DNA of 64,000 bases, taken from NCBI GenBank assembly GCA_951406725.2, contig OX597830.1:61318001-61382000 (forward strand), given 5' to 3'. The DNA comes from Octopus vulgaris. Its lineage: Eukaryota. The notes under the pieces are model-generated. The model did not search any database and had not been told where the DNA came from. It saw nothing but the letters and a program-made list of their open reading frames with translations. Below are positions 14,031 through 28,660 of this stretch, one piece after another (within the stretch, counting starts at the first letter, position 1; the number at the start of each line of letters is the position of its first letter). The translations under genes and the position numbers were made by a program.

Positions 14031-14338
14031 TATCACGTGATCACGTGACCGACCAGACCATCAGATGTTGCTACACATCGCTGGTCACAATGCTTTTGCA
14101 CTGTTTTAGCCCTCGAACGACGCCACCTCGCTGGCTAAGCGAGCAGGCCAACAGAAGAAAGAGAGAAAGAGTGGTGAAAGAGTACAGCAGGGATCACCAC
14201 TTCCTGCCGGAGCTTCGTGGAGCTTTTTTTTAGGTGTTTTCGCTCAATAAACACACACAACGCCTGGTCTGGGAATCGAAACCGCGATCCTACGACTGCG
14301 AGTCCGCTGCCCTAACCACTGGGCCATTGCGCCTCCAC
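14031..14338 (-). mobile_element. SINE family C (tRNA-derived head) with an RTE-like 3' tail, inserted in (ATAAT)n
   Basis: A box tggcccagtgg, B box ggtttcgattccc. Head shared with 22610, 30244 and 63110. Tail resembles 59805-59849. Confidence 0.9.
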
Positions 14339-15012
14339 ATAATATAATATAATATAATATAATATAATATAACATAATATAATATAATATAATATAATAT
14401 AATATAATATATGATATAATATAATTTAAAATCATGCGATATGAAATAATATAATACACACGTGCATGCATGACTCCATTGATACAGACATACAGGCCAG
14501 ATATTGTTGTTTGGGATAAACAAGAAAAAGTATGTGCAGTTGCGTTCGAAAATCAAAGAGGGTGATTAGGGACAACTCCTTAGAAACCTCCAACTACTAT
14601 ATCTAGATTATGATTTCTTGTTTATACTAATAATAAATAGCGCCCTTGGTTTTGTTAGTAAATGCCAAAGGGCCACTCTGGGAAAGTTAGGGTCTTCAGG
14701 AAAAGAAATCAACCAGCTAACACGCACATTATAAATGCAATCTGTAAGCGAAACAGTTAAAATATGCAAGATTTTCTCAAGTTTGAAATGTGACATTGTG
14801 TTTCTTATCTACTTCCAACAATTGAGCTCTGTATCACCGCTTAAAACCAGCTTCTTTCTTACAGGAAAGCCTCAAATAATCAAATATATTGAAAACAAAA
14901 ACGTACATACACACACACACATGCCGATATCCGTACACATACAAACACATATATGTGTTTATACACATATGTATGAAGGTATACACATATAAACATACAC
15001 ACGCACATGACA

Positions 15013-15078
<66 letters not shown>

Positions 15079-15104
15079 GTTTCATAAGGAAAATATATGG
15101 AAAT

Positions 15105-15469
15105 ATAGGCACAAAGCCAGCAATCTCTGGGGAGGCGACTACTCGATTACATCGACCCCAGTACTCAACACCGAAAGGATGAAAGGCAAAGTCATCGTCA
15201 GTGGAATTTGAACTCAGAACGTAAGGACGAAATACCTATTTCTTTACTACCCACAAGGGGCTAAACACAGAGAGGACAAACAAGGACAGACAAATGGATT
15301 AAGTCGATTATATCGACCCCAGTGCGTAACTGGTACTTATTTAATCGACCCCGAAAGGATGAAAGGCAAAGTCGACCTCGGCGGAATTTGAACTCAGAAC
15401 GTAGCGGCAGACGAAATACCTATTTCTATTTCTTTACTACCCACAAGGGGCTAAACACAGAGAGGACAA
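15105..15469 (-). mobile_element. Head-to-tail array of three SINE-B units
   Basis: Short-tail unit 15105-15236, long-tail unit 15237-15420, tail fragment 15421-15469. Both junctions read gacgaaatacc|tatttc. Confidence 0.85.
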
Positions 15470-15874
15470 GCGATGATGAGGTGGAAAATTGACAAGAGGT
15501 TGAAAAGCCTCAGTGTTATAATGTGGAAGAGGCTCAGCGCCTCATTTGTAAATGGACTAATGTTGATTGTATATTGAATATTTCATTGTATGTTATCGTA
15601 TGTTATTGCATGTTATTATTTGTAATGGACTATTAAGTCCAATGATTGTAAAAACTCTAGTGAGAGGGTCAATACCTCGTTTTGTTTTGTTTTTCTGTTT
15701 GAAAAAAAAAGAAGAATATTTTAGAGAAGCAAAAAATCGGCGGCGGGCGTTTTTTGTCTTCTCTCATCAATATCATCCTTTTTTTCTTATTCTTCATCAC
15801 TCGCCTCATCAATGTATGAGTCCAACCCGCAAGCTACTCTTTGTAATGCCTTTATGGCAAATCTTAATGAAATA

Positions 15875-16144
15875 AAGTAGCTTGCTTACCAACCACATGG
15901 TTCCGGGTTCATTCCCACTGCGTGATACCTTGGGCATGTGTCTTCTACTATAGCCTCGGTCCGATCAAAGCCTTGCGAGTGAATTTGGTAGACGGAAACT
16001 GAAAGAAGCCCCTCTTGACCAGAAATGGCCTGAACTCTTTGCATGAACACCCTCCCTGTACATAACTCCATGTCCCCCTACATGGCCTTGCTTTTCGCTT
16101 TTTGAGCCAAAAAATTAACTTAACATAACTATATATATGTGTGT

Positions 16145-16186
<42 letters not shown>

Positions 16187-16251
16187 TTGTGTGTCTGTAA
16201 TTGTCCCCCCAACATCGCTTGACAACAATGGTGGTGTGTTTACGTCCCCGT
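15875..16251 (+). mobile_element. SINE family A fragment interrupted by a CR1 3' end
   Basis: Family A sequence runs to gaaagaagcc (16010) and resumes after 16130. Confidence 0.85.
16012..16130 (+). mobile_element. CR1 LINE extreme 3' end (same family as 773-1210)
   Basis: Reverse complement of about 773-890 with few mismatches. Tail ttaacttaacataact. Confidence 0.9.
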
Positions 16252-16661
16252 ACTGAAATTTATGAGATTTCGATGCGATCGAAGACAGAAAAATAGGCAA
16301 TGCGTATATACACCTATTCCAAGAATTATTGCTCTTTCTGCGGCACCACATCCAACCCATTGACTATCCACGAATACATTGCATAAAATTTAAGCCTTAA
16401 ATAACTACGTGCACTAAGAGAATAGATCATTATTAGCAGGATAAAGTGCTTATACATCTTCTACTTGTTTCAATCATTGCACTGAATTCATTCATTTCCT
16501 TGAATGAATATTTGCTATGTATTTAATAGTTTGCTCTCCAAGCTTCATGTATAGACATGTGGTTTAGAAAATTATTCTGCAAGCAGTGTACAAATATCCA
16601 ATGTAAGTTAGCCTGATCTATGACAGATTTATATCTAGCCGAATGTTATATGCTATCGATT

Positions 16662-16877
16662 AAACGTTAGCACGCCGGGCGAAGTGCTTCGCGGTATTTC
16701 GTCTGACGTTACGTTGTGAGTTCAAATTCCGCCGAGGTCGACTTTACCTTTCATCCTTTCGGGGTCGATTAAATAAGTACCAGTTACGCACTGGGGTCGA
16801 TGTAATCAACTTAATACCTATGTCTGTCCTTGTTTGTCCCCTCTATGTTTAGCCCCTTGTGGTCAGTAAAGAAATAA
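16662..16877 (+). mobile_element. SINE family B, long tail
   Basis: Reverse complement of the copy at 6083. Confidence 0.9.
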
Positions 16878-17751
16878 GTATTAATGCTAAGGTAAATTTC
16901 TTTGTATGATTTTCTGAACGCATGAAATAAATAAATAAATAAATAAATAAATACATACGTATGTGTGAGAGATGTGTTTGCATAATACTAGAGCTAACAT
17001 AAAAATAACCATTTCTTTTAACAATTGTTTTAAATTTAGACTACAAATTTGAGAGAAGCGGACTTGAGCTCAGACACAACCAACAGAAATATTACAAAGT
17101 ATTTCCTGTGGGTGTCAAATGACTCTACCAAACCACTATCATTTCTTTTAATAATATTAATAAAATAATATTAATAGAATAATAATTTTAACAACAGCTG
17201 GTACAATAGTAGCAGAGCTGGAAATATTGGTGTTAGCCACGATAGCAGTGAATTAAGAGAGATGATGGTGAGGAGGAGAAAGAGTTGGTGTTGATGAATG
17301 ACAGTATTTGTAAGTGGAAGAGGGGTGGGATGGCGTCGGCGTCAATCATTAATAATTTGCACGTTGGGACGGGTGGATCGAGTATTTCCTGTTTGTAAAT
17401 GTTGAGGCGATGCCGATGTACTGTAGAGGCAGGCTCAGGTGAACCAAGTTCCCCTGTAAACGCGGCTAAGGTGTTTTAAAGAACTTTTGCCAGAACTAAT
17501 TAACCCTCAAGTAAACGGTGGCTGTTTGGTCAAACTTTACCTGTAGATCTAGCTTTTATAAAAAAGTGTATTTCAGAACGACCTTCTCTTTACTTAGCCG
17601 TTGGATAGCGATACGACCGACAGACCACACAAATTTTGGTGGTATTAAAATTTAAACCAAACATATACACGGACACACACACACACACACACAATCACAC
17701 ACACACAAACATACATACATACATACATACATACATACATACATACATACA

Positions 17752-17785
<34 letters not shown>

Positions 17786-17887
17786 CACATATACATAGAT
17801 ACATACATATATGTATGTGTATATATATACATATATATATATAGGGAGAATATATTTGTGTGTGTGTGTGTATATATATATATACAC

Positions 17888-17951
<64 letters not shown>

Positions 17952-18062
17952 CGTGCATACACATATGCGCAGAGCTGGCAAAGGAGTAAACACACTATAT
18001 ACCTGATCTAATTTATAAAATCTATCTATACATATATATATACATACATGTAAGTATATATC

Positions 18063-18145
<83 letters not shown>

Positions 18146-18450
18146 ATATACATACATATACATATATGTATGTGCATGTATATATGCATGTATGTAGGTA
18201 TGTATGTATATATGTATGTATGTATATACATCAATGTGTGTCTTTACAGAAATCTAAACACACATATGTTATGTATATTTCGCCAGTGTTACTGACATTC
18301 AGGTACATTGATAAAAGTAGAGGTTGCTTTATGTTTACCTGCCTATAATCTTATTAGCACAATCAATGAGGACTTCAACACGTCCAACAATGTTCTGTAC
18401 ACACGTTCAGATGCAAACACATGCAAGCACAAACATATACGTGGATACAA

Positions 18451-18499
<49 letters not shown>

Positions 18500-18725
18500 T
18501 CTGTGTGTTTGTACTGTCTGTCTCTCTGTCTCTCTGTCTCCCTCTTACACAAAGACACATATATATTCACGCATACAGACATTACTACGTTTATATACGC
18601 GCTCTAACACAAGCACATACATACACAGTTGGAAACCCTCGTATTTTAATGAAGACTTCTTAAGTACACATGTAAACACGGACATGAAATAAATGTACGG
18701 AAATAACTATCTCTGACTTAAAATA

Positions 18726-18790
<65 letters not shown>

Positions 18791-19004
18791 GCACGCACAC
18801 ACACGCACACACACACATGCATACGAAGAAGCAAACACACACACGCGCATATACACATATGTCTACATGTAATATATGCATGTATATATGAATATATATA
18901 TTTAATATATATAAATATAAATACATATACATATGAATATATGAATATATATGGATATATATGTATATGAATTTATATATATGTATATATATATATAAAT
19001 ATGA

Positions 19005-19062
<58 letters not shown>

Positions 19063-19133
19063 GAATATATGAATATATATGGATATATATGTATATGAAT
19101 ATATATATTCAAATATATATATATGTGAATATA

Positions 19134-19171
<38 letters not shown>

Positions 19172-19477
19172 TATATATGTATATATATATACACACATAT
19201 GTACATGTAATATAATGACCCTTTATATGTATATATATTAGCTATATTAAGGGCTATTGCTATAAGTAAACGCCTCACTCTGTAATGGGACTCTAAAATC
19301 CAACTACTACAATATACTGAAGTATGTATATGTATGCACGTATGTATATCAGCCGAAATTACTACGATGATCCGGTTCTTGACTGAAGACTGAGGGTTTC
19401 GAATGTCCTGTCCGTGTTTATTGTATCGTCTTCTAAGAGTTATACGTTCTTGTCCATGTTGTATTTTTCTACATACC

Positions 19478-19517
<40 letters not shown>

Positions 19518-19959
19518 TCGGAGATATAACAGTATGCGATAAGAAGCACGCTTCAAAATCTAGGGTCGGTCCTTAGGATCAGTGCTAGCGCGCAGCATGC
19601 TTAGCAAGAGACTTCTATCATTGTTCCTGGTCAAATAATAACATGTGCGCAAATTTACTAGACACAACAAACTACGTAGAAACCCGTCGCATGTGTGATT
19701 GATTGTATACCTGCGTATACCTGTGTGCATGTCTGTGTTTGAATTCGTCTATGTTGGTTGTTTATGTTTTTGGAAACTAGTGAATCGTCGAAAAGAAACA
19801 AATAAAATAATTACCAGACCTTGAAACATAGGCACTTGGATTGATTCGCTTGACCAAAACCCTCAAAAGCAACTCCTAACTATGGAGCATCTCCTTCAAA
19901 GGATTTTACCTGTGAAATATTATATCACACAAACATGAACATGTATACATATACATGCA

Positions 19960-20063
<104 letters not shown>

Positions 20064-20173
20064 GGCACAAGCGTGGCTCCGCAACTACAGGGTTCTGGGT
20101 TCAGTCCCTCTGCATGGCACCTTGGACAAGTGTCTTCTACTATAGCCTCGGGCAAAAACTAAAAGAAGCCCGT

Positions 20174-20208
<35 letters not shown>

Positions 20209-20444
20209 GCGTCTGTGCGTATGTGTTTGTGTGTGTGTGTTTGTCCTCCCAACATCGTCTCACAACCAATGCTGGTGTGTTTACGTTCCCGTAACATAGC
20301 GGTTCGGCAAAGACACCGATAGAATGAGTACTAGGTTAAGAAAGAATAAGTCCTGGGGTCGATTTATTCGCCCAAAGGCGGTTCTCCAGCATGGCCACAG
20401 ACAAATGACTGAAACAAGTAAAAGAATAAAGCAATAAAAGAATA
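20064..20444 (+). mobile_element. SINE family A with internal deletions
   Basis: Aligns with the copy at 3025. Confidence 0.85.
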
Positions 20445-20453
20445 CACACACAG

Positions 20454-20772
20454 AGGAAATAGTGGCACAACAAGGTACCAATTATTGCTGGAAATAGCAG
20501 TCGATAGCCGTTCGACTTTAGGTAAAGCTCCTGAATGTATAGAGGCAAAGATGTGTTCGGGCGGCGACTATAAACATTTCCGTCTCACCTCAAGGAACGT
20601 CAGGTTGTCCATTTTCCCGTCGTTCTTCCGAGAGGTTAGACGCAATTTTTTTATATTCACATCCCGCACACATCTTTGCTTCTTTACATTCAGTGAAGCT
20701 GTACCTAGCGTCGAACGATTATCGACTGCTATTTCCAGCAAAAATTGGTACCTTGTTGTGCCACTGTTTCCT
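20454..20772. mobile_element. Foldback element/MITE with inverted arms of about 108 bp
   Basis: 20454-20561 is the imperfect reverse complement of 20663-20772 (gtggcacaacaaggtaccaatt / aattggtaccttgttgtgccac). Confidence 0.85.
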
Positions 20773-20832
20773 ACTTATAATTCTACCTTTACGAGGTTTC
20801 ATTTTGCTGGAAAATAATATCATGGTATTGTA

Positions 20833-20888
<56 letters not shown>

Positions 20889-20905
20889 GTATATATATAT
20901 ATATA

Positions 20906-21183
20906 TATAAAACCGTCAAAAGCTCGTTTACTTTTTATGTTTTTTGATTTATTATTAGGGTTGCTTAATATGTTACACTAAAATTGCTGTTTCTTTTCAG
21001 ATACCATCAGAAAAAGATAATTAAAATTCATTAAAATAACAGATCTATCGGACTTTCAAAGAGGTCAAATTGTTCGTACTCGTATGGTAGGTGCTATCGA
21101 AACGAAAACAGCCGAAATGTTTGGTGTATCAAGAAGTACTGTCTCGAAAGTAATTACAGCCTTTGAGAAAGAGGGAAAAACCA
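20906..21183 (+). mobile_element. Tc1-like transposon 5' fragment (same family as 33478-34661)
   Basis: DLSDFQRGQIV...KTAEMFGVSRSTVSKV HTH region. DNA matches 33520-33792. Confidence 0.85.
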
Positions 21184-21220
21184 TAAACCATATATATATA
21201 TATATATGTGTGTGTATATA

Positions 21221-21639
21221 CTTTTATTCTTTTCCTTGTTTCAGTAATTTTGCCTGCTCCCATGCTGGAGCACCGTCTTAAAGGAATTTTAGTCGAACAC
21301 ATCGAACTCAGGTCTTATTCTTTGTAAGCCTATTACTTATTCTATCATTTTCTTTTGCCAAACCGCTAAGTTACGTGGACGTAAACACACCAGCATCGGT
21401 TGTCAAACGATGGTGTGGGGAGGACAAACACAGAAACACAGACAGAAGACGCACACACATAAATATATATGCATATATATATATGTGTGTGTGTGTGTGT
21501 ATACAACTGGCGTCTTGCAGTTTCCGTCTGCTAAATCCACTCACAAGGCTTCGGCCGATCCGAGGCTATAGCAGGAGGCAACTGCCCAAGGTGCCCGGAA
21601 CCATGTGGTTGGGAAGCAAGCTGCTTAGCACACAGCCAC
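21221..21639 (-). mobile_element. SINE family A
   Basis: Reverse complement of the family A consensus. Confidence 0.85.
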
Positions 21640-21681
21640 ACTCACTCACACACACAGCCACACACTCACTCACACACACAG

Positions 21682-21723
<42 letters not shown>

Positions 21724-21906
21724 CAAGATATGATGTCTGTGAATATGCGTTGTGAGAAGCTTTAAGTATCCCCTCGCAATAATCGATAACCGATGGGGGA
21801 ATGCAATGATGTTACCTTATATAATCGTTTCAGAACGGAAGGAATAACTGTGCTCCTCTTAGCTACTAAAATCCAATAGATGCTCCATGACAAAAGCAAA
21901 GTCTTC

Positions 21907-22321
21907 GGATCTTTTCGGTTTGAACGGCAGTTTTTAACATAATTTCTAGGTAACTAAAAAAATTTTAAACTTCGTATACTGGTAGAATGTGTTACATAAA
22001 ACATCTTTTTCTCTTGGCTTTATTGAGAAAATTCTATGATTTTTAAGATATTTGTTGTTGTTTTTTCTTCAATTTCTGCAATTTCAACCAATCAAATACG
22101 TCTATTGAGGTAAAAAAAACATTCTGTGCCGTATGAATATGTCCCTCGTTTAAGAAACAGATTGGGTTTATTTTCATTTGTGAAGAAAAAAAGATACCCT
22201 TCCCCCACCCCTAACCCTAAAACAGATTGAAATGCAATAAATCGATACTAGGGTCATAATTATGGGTGACAATTTCATATGACACCGCTAGAAAAAACTG
22301 CCGTTCAAACCGAAAAGATCC
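21907..22321. mobile_element. MITE, 29-bp TIR (GGATCTTTTCGGTTTGAACGGCAGTTTTT), 8-bp TSD
   Basis: Perfect TIRs. Flanks aagtcttc / aaatcttc. Second copy at 42890-43310 in the opposite orientation. Confidence 0.92.
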
Positions 22322-22609
22322 AAATCTTCTATTGCACACTCTCGCTCTCAAAGAGCAATCTAAGTATTTGACAGTATCTGTATATTTTACAGATTTGTGC
22401 ATCACCAATAGTTTTGTTTGACAGAAGGTGTAAAACCTCATTCGATATACCCATCTCGGTAGTTCTGCAAATGATTAATTCTGTATGCGAATCTTAATAC
22501 TTGCACGTATATAGATAAACATATCTGCGACGTATTAAAATCATATTGACGTGAACGTTCATGAGTGCACACAGTTGAGCGGTCTTAGTCATGAATAGCC
22601 AGCTAAGCA

Positions 22610-22969
22610 GTGGAGGCGCAATGGCGCAGTGGTTAGGGCAGCGGACTCGCGGTCGTAGGATCGCGGTTTCGATTCCCAGACCGGGCGTTGTGAGTGTTTA
22701 TTGGGCGAAAACACCTAAAGCTCCACGAGGTCTCCGGCAGGGCATGGTGGTGATCCCTGCTGTACTCTTTCACCACAACTTTCTCTCACTCTTTCTTCCT
22801 GTTTCTGTTGTCACTCTCTCTGTGTCACGCTGAATATCACCGAGAACTACGTTAAGGGTACACGTGTCTGTGGAGTACTCAGCCACTTACACGTTAATTT
22901 CACGAGCAGGCTGTTCCGTTGGTCGGATCAACCGGAACCCTCATCGTCGTAACCGACGGAGTGCTTCCC
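22610..22969 (+). mobile_element. SINE family C, full length, tail type X
   Basis: A and B boxes present. 13-bp TSD agccagctaagca / agtcagctaagca. Confidence 0.92.
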
Positions 22970-23966
22970 AGTCAGCTAAGCACTATCAATTGAAAACACT
23001 TACTTAACACGAGGGATTATTAATCTACTTTCAATTAGCTCTTCATAGAAGAGTCACTTAACAAAATCTAAACCTCCATTTTCTTTCTTGGTCTCTATAT
23101 CGCAAGAATATTAGAAATCTATTAACCTGAGGGCGCTCCACCGAGACAACACATCAAACTCGAATTATTAGGGCTCATGGCACACTCAATACTTTGGTGT
23201 TTGATCCAGTTTTATTCGTTGCTTTCATAAAGGACATTTCAATATTAATTAAAAATGTGTAAGATTTTGGTTGATGCCTGTAAGGTATGCCGGATTGCGG
23301 ACAACAATGAGAATGTAAAGATATTATCAGAGGATTTAAGCAGACTGAATTAATTCCCACTGAAGGAAAAAATGTGATTAATATAATCACATTTTAAACC
23401 ATCTAAATCGTTCTTGTAAAATGACTGGCTGCGGTATTGTTTCACCGGTTTGTTGTGCGAGCAGCTTTTGAGTGAGGATTCTGCGTGATTGGTAGAAGAG
23501 AAGAAAGGTCGATTAAATTTTAAGATGTTTGAGAGCTTGTAAGTCATGCAATCTTTTAAACATACTTCGCACTTCTGGTGGCCAACTTATTTGAATTTGG
23601 GTTCAAGGTGAAGTGTTTAGTCAATACGGCTGTACCAAAGTAGTATGCCTGTAGTAATACTTGGGTTGTAAGCCGCGGTTCTAAGAAAAGTGTAGCGGAA
23701 CATATTTAGGAGGGGATTTTCCTTCAACTTTAGGTCAGAAGTGAAGTACATTGTTGCTGCTAAAGGTATTCAGCGTGGAATTTGCGGAGCAGTGATAAAT
23801 AAATTGATTTCAATGTCTAGTGATTTCGAATGTCAGAAGACGATGCGTAATATGCTTAAGATATACGATACTTTGATTAAGTGAAACGATAATCCTCTGA
23901 AGGAGAGGATTTTTGTTATCGCTTAGTATGAACAGAAAGTCCCATAAATCTATTAAGAATGTCGTT

Positions 23967-25033
<1,067 letters not shown>

Positions 25034-25136
25034 TATATATATATATATTATTATATATATAATAATGTGACAGCGTGTGTACCGTTGGCGATTTTTTTCC
25101 TCTGTCTTCCCTTCTCTGGATCTTTCCTTCTCCTAT

Positions 25137-25171
25137 GTTTCCGACAAAGAGCTCCGCTCGAAACGTTAGAC
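25137..25171 (+). ncRNA. Degenerate minimal hammerhead-like motif
   Basis: GTTT-CCGACAA-a-GAGC tcc GCTC-GAAA-CG-TT-AGAC, the same architecture as 61000-61035. Confidence 0.5.
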
Positions 25172-25317
25172 CCTCCTTCTTTCCTTCTTTCCTGGGCGTC
25201 CAATAATACTATATTTGTTCCACGTCCTCGCGTTGTTGTGTTTTTTTTGTGCTTTCTTGTTTGGATTAACTAAATATATATATACATCTAAGTTAGGATA
25301 AAATTTTTCGAAAAATT

Positions 25318-25578
25318 CCCGGCGACGCGTTGTGTCCTTGAGGGAGACACTTCATTTCACGTTGCTCCAGTCCACTCAGCTGGCAAAAATGAGTTGTATC
25401 TGTATTTTAAAGGGCCGGGCTTGTCACACGTTGTGTCACGCTGAATCACCCTGAGAAATACGTTAGGGTTGCGCGTGTCTGTGGATTGCTCAGTCACTTG
25501 CACGTTAATTTCACGAGCAGGCTGTTCCATTGATCGAATCAGCTTGGACCCTCGTCGTCGTAACCGACGGAGTGCTCC
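25318..25578 (+). mobile_element. SINE with a CORE-like middle and the same tail X as family C
   Basis: tgtgtccttgagggagacact...ctccagtccactcagctg, followed by sequence homologous to 22810-22968. Confidence 0.7.
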
Positions 25579-26441
25579 TATATATATATATGCCAAATCA
25601 GGCTGTCATACAGATGAATTTCTCTTTGGTTTATACATACATGAAGACAAACATAAGACAAAGGAAAAATACTATTGAATAACTTCTTAAATTTGTCATT
25701 TTTAAGTAACGTCACTGGGGCAAATTTAATTGTTGACGATTATTATGTGTAATTTTAAATGTCAAATTTGTTTAAGGAGACATCTGTATTTAATATAATG
25801 AATATATCTTATTTGAATACCTTACTTATGAGAGGTGCTAAGTACATTAAGAGCAGTCCAAAGTAACGTTATTAAAAAAGGGCGTCCATTCATGTGACCC
25901 CATTTTAATGTTTAGAACAGAAATGTTCTCATCGGTTATTGTTGCTATTTATACAATGTATGTAATGGCTTTTCTATATTTGGAAGGCGTTACAATTTAC
26001 GTTCTTTGTTGATAATCCGTATTTGAATTCTTTTAATGTATCTTTTTACTGGTTTCATTGTTGTTACTGCTAATGTTGTTGCCTGGTCCGCAAATAAGTC
26101 CTGATCATCCTAACCTATGGCTAAAAGTTCTTCCAGCCTTTTATACTTAAATATCACATTTTATACTTGTATGAGAAACTATGCTGCATTGTCTAATATA
26201 TCCAGCAGATTCAAGTTAGTGCAGTTTGATGTGAGAAATTATTGAAGAAGTTTGCAAAACTTTTGTGAATTGACGAGTTTTTCAGCTTTTTTAACCACAA
26301 ACATCATTCTCTTCTCCATGCCTCTCTCTTCATCCTGTCTTTCGATCTCTAGATCTCTTCAGAAGGAGAAAGAGAAATTCAGAGACGAGATAGCAAAAAA
26401 AAAAAAAGAGAAAAAAAGGATAAAAAGGTTGAGTTAAACGT

Positions 26442-26839
26442 TACTCTTTTACTTGTTTCAGTCATTTGACTGCGGCCATGCTGGAGCACCGCCTTTAATC
26501 GAGCAACTCGACCCCGGGACTTATTCTTTTGTAAGCCTAGTACTTATTCTATCGGTCTCCTTTGCCGAACCGCTAAGTAACGGGGACATAAACACACCAG
26601 CATCGGTTGTCAAGCAATGCTAGGGCGACAAACTCAGACACACAAACACACGCACGCATATATATATACATATATACGACGGGCTTCTTTCAGTTTCCGT
26701 CTACCAAATCCACTCACAAGACTTTGGTCGGCCCGAGGCTATAGTAGAAGACACTTGCTCAAGGTGCCACGCAATGGGACTGAACCCGGAGCCATGTGAT
26801 TGGTAAACAAGCTACGTACCACACAACCACTCCTGCGCC
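26442..26839 (-). mobile_element. SINE family A, full length
   Basis: Complete from head to tail. Confidence 0.92.
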
Positions 26840-27064
26840 GGTATTTTAGAATGTTTCCCTAATTTACATCAAATATTTCATCTTTCTGTTTTTAGCCAAC
26901 GCACCTTATTTTAAGGTTCTGTCTTTCTCTGTCTTTCTTGATAAGTAATGGAATGTGGTTTGAGTAGGGTTTGGTTGTTATTTCGCAAAATAATGTGATG
27001 CGGGCTCTGAGTCGGTGAATAGTAATGATACTTATCATAATAATAAGATTAATTATAATGATTT

Positions 27065-27270
27065 TAGATTTTGGCATAAGGCCAGCAATTTCGTGGGAGG
27101 GGATCAGTCAATTATATCGACCCCAGTACTCAACTGGTATTTATTTTATCGACTTCGAAAGAATGAAAGGTAAAGTCGACCTCGACGGAATTTGAACTTA
27201 GAACGAAAAGGCGGACGAAATATTGCAAAGCACTTCGCCCGGCCTGTTAACGACTCTGCCAGCTCGCCTC
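27065..27270 (-). mobile_element. SINE family B, short tail
   Basis: Core aaagtcgacctcgacggaatttgaact. Confidence 0.8.
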
Positions 27271-27271
27271 G

Positions 27272-27272
27272 T

Positions 27273-27320
<48 letters not shown>

Positions 27321-27348
27321 AACAACAACAACAGCAACAACAACAACA

Positions 27349-27383
<35 letters not shown>

Positions 27384-27408
27384 AACAACAACAGCAACAA
27401 CAACAACA

Positions 27409-27452
<44 letters not shown>

Positions 27453-27459
27453 AACTTCT

Positions 27460-27490
<31 letters not shown>

Positions 27491-27497
27491 AACTTCT

Positions 27498-27536
<39 letters not shown>

Positions 27537-27600
27537 ATAATAATAATAATAATGATAATAATGATGATAATAATAATTCTTTTTACTATAATAATAATAA
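27272..27600. repeat. Compound (TAC)n/(AAC)n/(TAA)n microsatellite
   Basis: Read directly. Confidence 0.97.
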
Positions 27601-27659
27601 GTTAGAAAAATATTACAATATAACCTGCATTATACAGGTAGACGACCATTACAAAATAA

Positions 27660-28660
27660 CCGCCTGATACAGCTGGAAAACTATTACAAAATAACCACGA
27701 TAGGGTTACAGAAATACCTACTTCAGAAGCAAGGAAAAGTGATACATATGGCCACGAAACACGAACAAAACAAAAACTGTTATCCGTCGTTAAGGAAGCT
27801 GAAAAATACAAAAAAGAAATCATAGTAGCTAACAACTATGAAGAAAAAGGAGAAACAACAAAAGCTATAAAACAACTGAAATCCAAACTAAAACTGGAAC
27901 AGCAACGGATCAAGAGAAAACAATGGCAAGAAAAGCCCCTTCACGACAAATATTGGGTTAAACTAAATAGAAAAGAAATAGACAGAAGCTGACAAATACA
28001 AAAAAGAAATCATGGTACCGAACAACTATGAAGAAAAAGAAGAAACAACAAAGGCCGTAATACAACTGAAATCTAAACTAAAACTGGTACAGCAATGTAT
28101 CATGATGAAGCGATGGCAAGAAAAGCCTCTTCACGGCAAATATTGGGTTAAACTAATCAGAAAAGAAATAGACAAAGCAAAATCCCAACAATGACTGAGA
28201 AGCTCAGGACTCAAAGCAGGGACTGAAGGATTTTTGATTGCAGCACAAGATCAAAGCCACCAAGAGATCACCAAGAAACAATGGTTTCCAATCGATGTAT
28301 CAATACCAACAGGTGACAATGTTTCTCTAAAAGAAACGGAGAAACTATCAAAATGCAAAGATTTGGAAACAGAGATAACTTGAATGTGGAGCTTAAAAAC
28401 AGAAACCATTATAATAGGTGCATTAGGTATGATAAAAAAAAAAACATTCAGACAAATACATAACAAAAGTTCAAGGACTTACTAGTATACACAGCATACA
28501 CAAAATAGCCACTACTAGGTACAGCACACACCCTACGTAAAATACTTTCAATACAATGAAAATAGAATCGCCACAACAAACCACAGCACATACCCAAATC
28601 ACACAGAGCTGCGCTCAGTAGTGTAGTTAATGTGCGTGATAAAAATAAGACTAATAATAA
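27660..28660 (+). pseudogene. R4/Dong element, decayed post-RT region and RLE, with a 190-bp internal tandem duplication
   Basis: WQEKPLHGKY and LKAGTEGFLIAAQDQ motifs. RLE and 3' UTR homologous to the copy at 23967. Duplication 27795-27984 / 27985-28174. Confidence 0.85.

Noticed and set aside
17537-17600. ttacctgtagatctagctttt resembles the miR-10/miR-993 5p arm
   Set aside because: Several mismatches and no complementary 3p arm, so no precursor hairpin.
22610-22690. tRNA-like sequence with A and B boxes
   Set aside because: It is the head of a TSD-flanked SINE with an imperfect cloverleaf, not a tRNA gene.
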